From Phoronis australis (taxonomy: Eukaryota > Animalia > Phoronida), in the NCBI GenBank assembly GCA_002633005.1, contig NMRA01000278.1:227144-291143 (forward strand): 64,000 nt of DNA, read 5' to 3'. Position 1 is the stretch's first letter; the number at the start of each line of letters is the position of its first letter. This document shows, piece by piece, positions 38,246-49,410 of the stretch. Both the position numbers and the translations under genes were made by a program. The notes below the pieces were generated by a model, which worked only from the letters and a program-made list of their open reading frames with translations, did no database searches and was not told the DNA's origin.

Positions 38246-41054
38246 ACTATTACCTGTTATTTCCACACATTCAGTTGCACCAAAATTTACAACCCTAACA
38301 CCCTATGCCAGCCTCCCGTAAGGCACCTGAATAAGTAAATAACAAAAAAACTTCCATACTTGACTTTAAAAATAGCTGTCCCTTTTCAAAGGCTTTGTTC
38401 GTTGTCTCCAATACAGAAAGTAGACTTTGACAACAGATTTGCACTGGATAGACCTTGCTGGTTAGTTGCAGTCAACTGCTTAAAACCAATGTTTGTCCAT
38501 TCAGGGACGAGGGACGGTTGCAGAAGCGATGCTCATCTCCTCTGCACGGAACTAGCCCTAAAACCTAAAAACCAAAGGTCAGGTAAAAACAGACATGATA
38601 TATTTCCATGTCATTGTGTAATAGATTTCCGGACGGCATAGGATAGGGAGTAAACAAATAGTCTAATGGATATTTGTCAGGTACCCATTGCCTTTGTTCT
38701 TGGATTGTAATCTTACCTCGCTAACCAATATCGAGTTGACTGCATATTATTAAACGTTCAGCAGTGATTGGTGTAACTGTTACTGATAAATCATTCCAAA
38801 CAATAATACTGCTTTGATGTACAAAAAAAATCCCGAGTGCTGCGTCAAGTATCGTAACACACATCACAACAAACAATGATTAACCTGACTGGCGACTGCC
38901 GCGAAGTCAACATCGGCCAGTACATCTAAGTTTACAGGCATCTTGTTAAAATAATCACACACCTTACCTTTCTATAAGGTCGTGTTTACTTCCTTTCGTA
39001 GAAGCACACTTTTCGTGCAATCTCAGATTCAGTTGGCACGGCTACAAGCTCGTGAAATCTAGGCTGTTTAATCTATCACCATTAGTACACGCGCTCCCTC
39101 TAGTAATGTAAACACTGTCGAATAGCCCCATTACACTGGTCATTCTTTAAGCGTAGAAGCTCTGAGTGGCTGCCGGAAACAATTTGGCAGTTAGCTACAG
39201 TGTTTGAGCTGATTCTGACAGCCTACCAAACTCCACGCGGGAGTCCTTCAAAAAGACATTTTTGTGGGTGTTAAAATCATGTAACATGATTTTACGAAAA
39301 GAAGTGATTTGTAAGTTTTTGTAGCATTAATGACAAATTTAAGCCCTACTAACAGGCCTATTATCGTAACTTCCGAAAAACTACTCGTAATTGCGTAGAT
39401 AAGTATCTGTGCGTGTTTGTATATGCAGGTAGGAATTATTACTGTTTTCAGTTGTTTCTATAATAATTCATTTGTGCAATGTTTATCTGTTGCCCAGTCT
39501 AAGATGCCTTTTTTCACTCGATTTCTGAGCAATACTGTAATAGTCTATACCAGTTCAATAAAAGTTAAAAAGTGATAAGTTTACATGGTAAAAGAATCCC
39601 ACACAATACGTTGTGTTTCTGTCCCGCTCTTGATTAACAGCCCCACGTTTTAGTTTTTCCGTCATTCCAGTTCACCATCAAATGTCCTGCTTTTCGATAC
39701 ACGGCAAAATTGACATATCTATCATAGATGTACATTAGAGTAATTTCCCACGCGACACCACCTTACTTTCCCGTCCTATTAGAAGTGGGATGTTTCATGG
39801 TTTTTTGAGGACCCGCAATTTCCCAATTGATTAAAAACAAGATAAACCTTGTGTAATCTGGCGAACGTTTTACACTTGCGTTTAGGTTTAGAACAAGATG
39901 TCCCGGAAGACTCGAATTTCAATCCAGTGGTCCCGTTTTCATCATTCTCGAATCTTGACCGTGACAACTATGCAGCAGGTGCTCAAAATAACATTGACTC
40001 TTTGTTGGGATATTGTCATTTTCCAAGAGTCTATTTTCATTTTACTTATCGACTTCACCTGGATACTATTCACGTTTGGGTAACAGTCTTAGTTTCAAGA
40101 ATATTTCTAAATCTCTCAGGTATACGGAATTATAATTATTTTTTAATTAAGTTATTTATCTTTTGCTTCAGGAAAACTCATACAACATCACAAACTGGAG
40201 TTTCAAGTGATATGACACTTACGCAGTTTTGTTGAAAAACGACAAAGTTGCAAAAAGTTTTATTGACAATAAATTCAATAGCTCATGAAACCAACACCGG
40301 AACAAACAAATGCAAACAAATATCCACGCATGCGCGTTGCAACCTCACTAGCACCGAAGCGGCGCGAAATTGGAATTCCGGGGCTAGAATTCTATAGATA
40401 AATGTAGAAAAACATCATGAATAACGAACGTTAAATTAGCCGTGATTTCGTGCTTTTAGTTGAATCGTGAAGCGCCATTGGTGCGTAAACAGGATAAAAA
40501 ATCACTTAAACGGGATTTATCCTTTGAAGGGATTTTCACGAAATTGGTAGTAACTGCATACGCAAGCATTTGTAGTGGCAATGTTTAGTATAAGTTGTAT
40601 TTGAAATTACCACCCCCCCCCCCCCCCATCCTAGTATGTTGTACCCCCGATTCCATCCTTGCTCAGGGGATAAAGGCCATTAAATGCGCTTTCCTGACAG
40701 TCTTGGCATTCCTTATCCAGTGTTCTGCGTACAGTGCAGGTGTGTTGCTCGTTAGCTGATTTTGTATGTAACTTGATACAAATGTACGTTTTTAACTATT
40801 TTGGTGTTCCATTTTCTCGTCTTCTAATTTTTGTTCGTGCACCCTAAGTTTATTTGACGTATTTTCTTTTTCTTTCTTTTTGGTTTGGGTGACCTTTAAT
40901 TTGCAGTTCGCATATTACCTGTTTCTTTTTGTTAATTCTTTTAGTTAAATCTTGAATTCGTTTTTTTATTTTGACCAGTGTGATTTGATATAGATTCGCT
41001 TTTAGATATAGATTCGCTTTTATTGCGCTCGTGCGTTTGCATTACACGCCCACG

Positions 41055-41120
41055 CACACACACACACACACANACACACACAATCACACACAAACACGCA
41101 CACGCAGGCACATGCACACA
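41055..41120. repeat. (CA)n microsatellite containing assembly n41073
   Basis: Directly visible. Confidence 0.85.
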
Positions 41121-41573
41121 TATTCTAAGTTTCCTCAGTATTGTTTGTGTCAAAAGGTCAATGGTCATATGGCAGTGCCATTTCGATAGCTGCAAATTTC
41201 TCGTGTACATATCTTAATCTTCTTAAAATTACTTATGCTATGTATTGCTTATGCGTATCTTTGTCTCTTCCAGTTTAATTGTTGTTAATGCTGAAGTTTT
41301 GAAAGAAAGCAATAAAGATAAGACGTTGTAAATTCACTCGTTGTCATTTGTGCCTCCGTACTGTGTCAGAACATTGGCTTTAAATTAATTTACATTAAAT
41401 AACAAGGTTACTGGTTATTTATTCAAAAAGATACCCCACGTCAGACATAGGAGTGTTTTGGGAGGACAATCGATATCAAACAAACTTATTTTCATGAAAA
41501 TGTGCGATAGATCCCAGTTGAGAAAACATTGTCAATACGGATGTTTCGTGAGAGTGATCGTACATGTACTTAC

Positions 41574-41720
41574 TTGTATATGTCACTGGAAAACCATATG
41601 TATCTGTGAATTCGCCTTCATTATGCATGTCCGTAACACCAATCCAGAAATACCACCACCACCAAGGTTTGAAGTCTAGATCTCTCCAAGCCTTAAATTG
41701 AGATTGAGAATTCACTGCAG
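41574..41720 (-). CDS. C-type lectin domain exon (middle part)
   Basis: cattag|(A)AVNSQSQFKAWRDLDFKPWWWYFWIGVTDMHNEGEFTDTYGFPVTYT|gtaagt; WIG.TD...EG.F motif; 147 nt, phase 1-1; joins the next exon to give YTNW. Confidence 0.88.
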
Positions 41721-41850
41721 CTAATGAAGAACATACTGTATGATTTTCCCAAATAAGAAAAAGTAAATTTTGACGCTGAGGTTGGTTAGTAGTGAAATGT
41801 ATCAAATAGACACAAAAAATCAGTAACCCCAACAGGGAACTGAACCACAA

Positions 41851-41918
41851 CAGGGAATTGAACCACAAGTCTCTAGATTTTCGGTCTAGTGCTCTCACCA
41901 CTGAGCTACCGAGGACTC
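41851..41918 (-). mobile_element. tRNA-derived SINE head
   Basis: Minus strand has A box tagctcagtgg and B box ggttcaattcc; B-box region tandemly duplicated (18 bp); no proper acceptor stem. Confidence 0.65.
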
Positions 41919-42066
41919 GATATCTTTGAGATTTGTTAAAATAAAAGTGTTTATTAAATATCGGATCATAGAACTCTGGTTCTAAGCTCGGGTGTACTCG
42001 GGTATAGCGTTGAGGCTCGGTTCTTCACCACTGTGAATTTGGGATACCCGTCCTTTCAAACTAAAC

Positions 42067-42945
42067 TCCATCCTCTCAGAAAGTAAGAACGTGCAGTGTT
42101 GGGAGCTTCCATAAAAGTAACACATTCGTAGGGGTATAAGAACTGAATTTTTTACTGAACTGAAAGTGAATGCTACTCAAAAGACATATTTTAAAGAGCC
42201 ATTAGCTTTATTACACAAATTCTATCCACTAAAAACATCACACTGTCGCTACGAGTCGCTCTGTGTCAGTGGATTTTAGGGGCCAACATTTGTGTACACG
42301 TAGATTAGTTGTTCCACTGTTTTTATGAACAATGTCGCCATGGAAACAGCGATAATTGTTTTGACTAACATTTTTGTAACTGTTCTTTTTATTATTTGTT
42401 ATCAATACGTGGGATTGCTAGGGTGTTCGATAAGTTCTGCAGTAAGCGGCGTCGTAAAAATGGCGGGAGACCGAACTCATTGCTTATCCAATTACTTTGT
42501 CGAAGCTCANTCCATCCTCTCAGAAAGTAAGAACGTGCAGTGTTGGGAGCTTCCATAAAAGTAACACATTCGTAGGGGTATAAGAACTGAATTTTTTACT
42601 GAACTGAAAGTGAATGCTACTCTGTTTTAAAGAGCCATTAGCTTTATTACACAAATTCTATCCACTAAAAACATCAAACAGTCGCTACGAGTCGCTCTGT
42701 GTCAGTGGATTTTAGGTGCCAACATTTGTGTACACGTAGATTAGTTGTTCCACTGTTTTTATGAACAATGTCGCCATGGAAACAGCGATAATTGTTTTGA
42801 CTAAAAAATTTGTAACTGTTCTTTTTATTATTTGTTATCAATACGTGGGATTGCTAGGGTGTTCGATAAGTTCTGCAGTAAGCGGTGTCGTAAAAATGGC
42901 GGGAGACCGAACTCATTGCTTATCCAATTACTTTGTCGAAGCTCA
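42067..42945. repeat. 440-bp direct duplication split by n42510 (likely assembly overlap)
   Basis: 42067-42509 versus 42511-42945. Confidence 0.9.
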
Positions 42946-44749
42946 ATAGAATTAGGTTGGCCTAACTTAAATGTTGTAATGGTGAAATTACGGCCAATTC
43001 TGTGCATTAATTTGACTTGGACACAACCCTAGACCTACCGGAGCTCACTGCTTACTTAGGACAAGATGAGTGTGTAATTGAGCTATGAACCTGAGCTTCA
43101 TTAATCAAAATATTTCGCTCGAAGATTAGGAAACAGTGATATCTACTCGACCTACTTTACTTGGAGAGTCCCATCAGTTGTTATCTACTATTCATTTGGC
43201 GGAACTCAGGTGGCGGGAAAAAATATCGGTAAATCTTCACTGATTTTGTTCGAAAGATCCTGAAATCTATGACATCGTACAGATTTTTTTACTTTCAAGT
43301 CCTGGTCTCAAAATGCCAATGTGGTTCCAGTATCCGAAAATACTTACCAACTAAAATCTTATTTTCTACATCCTTTCGTTATATTCTTTCCGCCATTCGT
43401 GCCAAAAGCGATCTTTTAACAGTATTTGACCCTTCTCTGTGAGCGTATAATTACAGGCTGCCATCGATTATTTCCGTACCCACATTTCCGGCCCGTCAGT
43501 TCAGGAGCTTGTCCTGAACGCTGCCATTTTCCTTGTAACTGAATGTGCTATCGCTTGCTCGAAAAGTCTTCATTATTTTGTTTTATTAGTAATATCTCGT
43601 GATTCGTTTGTGTGTGTAGTGTATTTATAGTTTGTAGTTAGTGGTCGTTGAATTTTTTGGAATGTTAAGCGTATTTTTGTTTATGTTAAAATAGCATTGG
43701 TGTTAAGTTCCTGTTATGTTGGGCGGTCGAACCAATATGAGTCGAACCAATTTTTTATCGTTTTGAATTTTTTTTCGTTTTGAAAAAGTACTTTGCTATC
43801 ATCGGAAAAGCAGTGCATTCTACTCAGTAAAATTGAAAAATTATCAAAATCGAGGCAAGCAGTGTAAACTTATTGCGAGATAAGTTACGAGTTTAAAACT
43901 TTGTGTAAATTGTTTTCGCCAACAATTTACGGTGACATTTAGTGAGACATATCTTTACTTACTATTCTGCACGATTCAACAGTTTTCACCAACTTTCAGC
44001 CTCGCAGGTGTTACTTATTATGTGATAAATGTGCTCACAATTCCCGTTGACGGCACCGACAATATGGCGACTTTTTCTGAATTGGAAGGCATGTTCAACC
44101 TGTTACTTCGTAATTTGTGAAGATTCATCGTTGATACATTTTGACAAACGTTGCTACAAAAAAGGAACTTTGTTCAATTTTCGTGTTCTTGTGCAAAAAA
44201 TATATGATATATTCGAATTATTTTACCGTGAATTTCCCATTCAGGTAATCTTACACCAAGCTAAAAAAATAATTGAAATAATTTCGAAATGTTTTTTGTT
44301 TGACTGTCAACTGCTGTTCAAGACTTGATTCGGTGTCACAAAATGATTCATATTTTTCTAAATTTTAAGTCTCAATTGCTTTCAAGTGATGTTTTGTAAC
44401 TTATTGCTTCTTAATTCAGGTTATCAAGTCAACAATATGAATAATCTTAATTTGAGAAATAAGCTATGTTCGATTGTGAAGCTTCAAGCCTCCAATTCTT
44501 GTTCCATATTTTTTTAAATTGTGCTTGTCAAATTCTGGTGTAAGGATACACTATTCGGTCACCATGGTATTAGATACATGTATGTCGACTTTCATATCAT
44601 GCGGAAACTTGTGCTGTTGAATAGTGTTTCTAATGATTAAATGTTGTAAAGTATTGTGCATTTTAAGTTACTTATTATGGTAAAAGGTTGAATCATTTTG
44701 GCTTCGAGAATAAAAGATAATAAAATATTGTATTGGACTTGTCATACTT

Positions 44750-44987
44750 ATGTGCTCAAACGAGCCCCCCTATTTGGAGAAATGGAAAAAGGTTTGACTC
44801 AGTCAGAGAAGCACGAACTCCGAAAATATTAGAAAACGAGACAAAAGTCCACTAGAAGACAGGAAGTACCAAACTTTAGCGTCTGAAATTCATAGCTCTG
44901 AACATACCCAGTGGTTCTTATAGTAAAAGGTAGACATTCCCAAAAATTCCAGCCTCCCCCCAATTTTTTAGGCTTGGTGCGCTCATG
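44750..44987 (+). mobile_element. MITE family A copy
   Basis: gctcaaacgagcccccc ... acgagacaaaagtccacta ... ttttaggcttggtgcgctcatg. Confidence 0.65.
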
Positions 44988-45607
44988 CAAAGTCTGGGCA
45001 AATCTCTGTTGAAAGCCAACAACTTTGCACTGTTCGCCAGAAGACCCCAAGTTCTAAATAAACCTCGTTTGAGCGAGCGCTGTGAAAAGGTAGGCCTAAG
45101 CAGTGGCGGATTTAGGGCGGTCAAGGGAGCCATGGCCCCCTCTAAAATTCTACCAGATACCATTTGTCAGTTTGGGTGCGAATTGCTGACTAGCANTCCT
45201 CTAACCATGTAATAAGGGTGAACAACGTGTGAGACCAGGACTTTAAGTTACATACAGAGCTTTACATGTACATATCGCATCAGTGACTTTGCCATTTGTC
45301 AGGTGAAAGTGAGCCCCGCAAACGGGGTTCTTCGGATTTTCGCTGGCTCCGAAATACTTTTCCCCGAACACTTATTTTATCATCGCCGACTTTACGATAA
45401 AGCATCCTGTGTTGTCTAAGTGGAAGCATTTTTGGATAGATCAAAATACACTCATCGATTCCCTCAGCGACAGTGTATTTTCCTCCGACATCTTGTTTGT
45501 TTGTCGGGTGGCACGTGACTTTTCGCAAAGGGGCGGAGTTGCAGTAGGTCAATTCACGCAGACAAGAAATGCGCTTTAAAACGAGGCTCGCTACGGTGGC
45601 TCCGTTA

Positions 45608-45810
45608 CATGCGCGCACCCAGCTTAAAATATAGGGGGGGGGGGCTCGTATTTTGTGGTATGTACACCTTTTCCTGGGAAAAGAAGTCGAGTACTAAAAA
45701 GTTAAAAAACGGGGTACTGGGTTCAGACCTGCGAATTGTGCACTCGCGCCGGATTAATGTGATCTTTTGTCTCGTTTTATCTGACTTTTTGGTCCTCTCA
45801 GGTGATGATA
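45608..45810 (-). mobile_element. MITE family A partial copy
   Basis: Begins catgcgcgcacccagcttaaaa; shares ttttgtctcgttttatc with other copies. Confidence 0.6.
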
Positions 45811-46329
45811 AACGCTTTGTCACAGATTCTCTGCGTGATGACACTTACCCCACTGACTCCAGACCACCTTCATTTTTTTCAAAACGCCTTCTTTGGGTTT
45901 CCATGGATACTATTTGTTTCCGGCAAGTTTTGAGCCTGGCGTCAGTTGAGTTTTAGTAAACTTTCGACAGTTACGCAGTGGAAGTAACGTTGAAGTAGTG
46001 AACCTGTGTTATTGATCGGGTGTGACATTCGACTACTTTATTCATGAAAATTTTAAAGATTTCGAATATTTTTTGTTTGTTTTAGAGCCACATAAGATGA
46101 GTACTTTTAGTGATTTTTGAAACTGTCAAAATTGGCTAAATTTGTATCCCTATATCTCAGCTGGCACAGCCTTTAGAACATTTTAGTACCAACCAATGTG
46201 TTGAGCTATCTTAGGTTTACAAAATAAGACAAAAAAACCTCTGGCGCTAACTGATTTTATGTCATTTGAAGTCGAAAGTGACTGGTGGTTACACCATTTC
46301 ACCTCAATTAGTAATGCCGACAAACGTCA

Positions 46330-46918
46330 ACAAAAAGTGAATAATTATTTGCTACTCGTTGGCCTGCAAATTGCGAATCAATTCATCATTTATCAAATTT
46401 CGCATTTTCTAGGCACCGAAGGTACTCTACGTTATTTTTGAAAAGCGCTCGTAGTCATGGAATTAGGATACTTATTAAACAAACAGCAGTAGTTTTGGTA
46501 GGACACCTTTGCGAGAGTCGAAATTCAAATCTCACTGGTTTTACAAAGTTCAGTAACCTTACTTGCACGGCTAAAAAAAACAAAACACCGCTGATAAATC
46601 ATTTTCATAACATTTTCCTTCCAAATCTTACAATGTTGTATGAACAATATTAATTATTTTTGGTTTTACCCGGTGATTGTCCTGTTAACAAAGGAGATGC
46701 TTATTGTGAGTTAGCTCTGGACTGTGTCTGAACAAACGTTATTTTTTAGAAATTTTCAAGTGGTTTTGATGCAGGGCGTTGAAAGCGGAGGACAGCGTCA
46801 ATGTGAAAGATTCATTTGCACTTACAGGCAAAGGCAAAACCACTGGTGACCAGATTTCCGTCGATGTTATATAGCCGCCAGTGCCCCCAATAACTTCACT
46901 ATTTGGAGTGGTATGGCT
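46330..46918 (+). repeat. Dispersed repeat, inverted partner of 3868-4420
   Basis: Shared ttttcataacattttccttc and ataacttcac..tttggagtggtatggct. Confidence 0.6.
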
Positions 46919-48559
46919 GGTGCATTGAGTTGTTCTCTAATGTATTTTTTCTACGTCTCTGTTGTTACTTATTGACACATTTTTAAGATTTATTGTCCTT
47001 TTCTCCCAACCTAAGTTGTTTGTTTCTTTTCTGTCAGTGTATTTCACAGTCAGTGCAGAGCTCGCCCTTCATGTATTTTTCCATTGTATGCTGTACAGTC
47101 CCAATTTTCCTTACTCCCCTCCAAATACGCCTACGTCAGTACCTGTCTGATCCACTCATTTTCTTCTTTATCTCTAGGTGTCGCCAGCTGCATGCCTTGG
47201 TCACGACAGTAAGCGACGGCGTCTGTCCAGTTCAGCCAGGTGGAGTTCACAAGCAGGTATTGTGTGTCATTTCTGTTCATCAGTATGTTGGCGTCACAAA
47301 AACCTGGTAGAAATTAGACTTGAATGATTTTTAAGCCACGTCATTGTTATGTTTTTGCAAACTTAGCATTTAAAAGTTAGGGTGTTTCAGCACAAATATA
47401 AGTGAATAAAAATTCAAGTTGCAATCATAAAAAACACTCATTCGCTTATTTGACCAAGCATTAGTACTGGGGAAAGAACGACATTGGATCTGAGATTAAT
47501 TATATATACTTATGAGAGATCTAAACACATAAGAGTTTGTGGATTTTACACTTTCGCAAAATTAAACCCCGAAAACCTTTTATAGCTCACCACAAATGAA
47601 AGTTAAATACAAGAAACAAATACCTGCATAAAAGACCACGGTCAAGCTAAGGAGGGTTAACGCGCACTCTCCCAACCTTGTCGCCATTTTGGTGTCACCG
47701 TAGAAATGTGATTTTTTCAGACCTTTACAGGTTAATATGGACTGAACCTGGACAAGGAAGTAAAATGATTAGAATGTTTATCTTGGTGTTTGTACACGAA
47801 GTCTCCGCTGGCTAATCAAATAATGCGCTAACATTTAATGTCAGTGCATGCACTTTAGAGTTCCTGAAGTGGTGCTTCAACAGATGAAAAGTGTTTTTGG
47901 GGAGGAAATTTATAGATGCTTGTGATACTTGCACGTGACATGTCCTAAGTTTTAGGCCATTTTAGGAACGGGAAAAGACGAGTTGAAGGCTTGTCTCAAA
48001 ACTGTTAAGTTTTAACCGTGGAGTTTGTATAATCTATTTTGCCCGGGGTACGCGACGAGCTATGTTGCAGATTAAAACAAGATAAAAATTGCCAATACCG
48101 GTAATATCATTTATTATGACGTAAATAGGAATAAATAAATGAGACTCTGCAAGATGGGCATGGATAAAAACGCCACCGGTGTGTACACAGAAGTGCCCTT
48201 AACAATACAAGAAAAATGGAAAGCATTAAAAAAAGCCTGAAAGGCCTATAGTCAGGTCCCTTAGCAGCCAAAAACCCAAAAGATTTACACCCCGGATTAA
48301 AGCACCAAACTTGTAAGAAATCTAGTTGGTCGACATCCACTTTTCACCTGATTTCTGTAATCTGGAGTTTCGGCGCACAGTCTACATTGTCGCTCACTTC
48401 GCAGTTATCATGGAATAATGGTGTTTTTGAAGTTAAACATGTTGATTTAGTGGTTTTCACACACCTTTTGTTAGTGGCCAGTTGTACTTCAGATGCGAGG
48501 AAATTGACATTGGAATCAGCTTCAATAGATTATGGGCAAGATTATTGTGTCTTTGGACC

Positions 48560-48700
48560 AGTATACCGTTTATTTTTCAGGTTTTGTTCATCCTGCGGAA
48601 CAGACTATTGTTGCTGACAATACTAGATGGCCATGCAAGCCAAAAATCAGCAAAAACTGTTGATTGCCACCTTCTAGTTACACCGCAAACACGACTCAGT
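48560..48700 (+). pseudogene. Possible pogo/Tigger DDE transposase fragment
   Basis: LLLTILDGHAS resembles the DDE_1 LLILDGHxSH motif; flanks not recognisable. Confidence 0.4.
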
Positions 48701-49199
48701 CTCAATAACTATTTACTTTCACACCTGGCGAGCCGATAAGGTTTGACATGTGGTGGCATTTTATCAGACTGAGGTAACAAGTTGCACCTCCTGTCGATCG
48801 CTCTAAAGCCGCAGTGTGCCGAAATGTCTGAGTCTGTGCCAAACAATTCAGATATCTGGTATAATCAATGACGCGTTGAACATCTGCCAGCATCACCAAT
48901 GAAACTGTTATATTGTTTCACACGGTTACATGAAAAAGTGGCTTGAGTGCCTGTAAAGCGAAGGAGATTTACATTCGCCTCCAATATTCAACGGCGTGGA
49001 AATAGAGTGGGAACTTGACGTACTTCCGTGGATGGATTTTGCACAGAGCAGCGCCAGAGAAAGCGAAGAATTTTGAATTTATCTTCTCTGTCGCCTCACG
49101 CGTAATACAGAAGAATCGCGTATTATCCCACTCGTGGAAAAACGATGAGCGAGTTAGGAGAGAAAACAGATAAAATTCGAAATTTCATCAAGAATCAGG

Positions 49200-49410
49200 G
49201 AGCCTTAAGGAAGGAAAACCCGGAAATATTCGTCTTGAGAGGTTGTACGCTATACCGACGGAAAAGTATCTCACACTGACGGTGGAAAAGATAAAAGCAA
49301 CTGTCTTAGACGATACTTTGTTTGTTGCGGTTGAATGTGATATTCAGGTACCAACACATCTGCACGAGCATTTCCCCGAAATGCTCGATTCTTAAAAACG
49401 CCGGTTTCAG
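49200..49410 (+). pseudogene. Polinton/adintovirus-type protein-primed DNA polymerase B fragment
   Basis: LTVEKIKATVLDDTLFVAVECDIQVPTHLHEHFPEM followed by frameshifted ILKN; resembles the LFG.VECDI.VP..L...F.EM.PIFKN segment as I recall it. Confidence 0.55.

Larger units (their letters stand above)
1..41720 (-). other. VWDE: Multi-exon gene: VWDE-like (von Willebrand factor D and EGF domain-containing) protein with N-terminal C-type lectin, 4 EGF and D8C modules; 5' and 3' ends not found
   Basis: 22 non-redundant exons with AG/GT boundaries and matching intron phases translate into one reading frame, apart from the frameshifted exon at 29996-30119. Domain order CTL-EGFx4-D8C-linker-VWD-Cys-rich-EGF. 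The symbol is family-level; orthology is not established. Confidence 0.88.

Noticed and set aside
41851-41918. tRNA gene
   Set aside because: A and B boxes are present but the acceptor stem does not close and the B-box region is duplicated; better explained as a SINE head.
42325-42949. Duplicated small membrane-protein ORFs (MNNVAMETA...)
   Set aside because: They lie in an n-split duplication of repeat-like DNA, with no splice or homology support.
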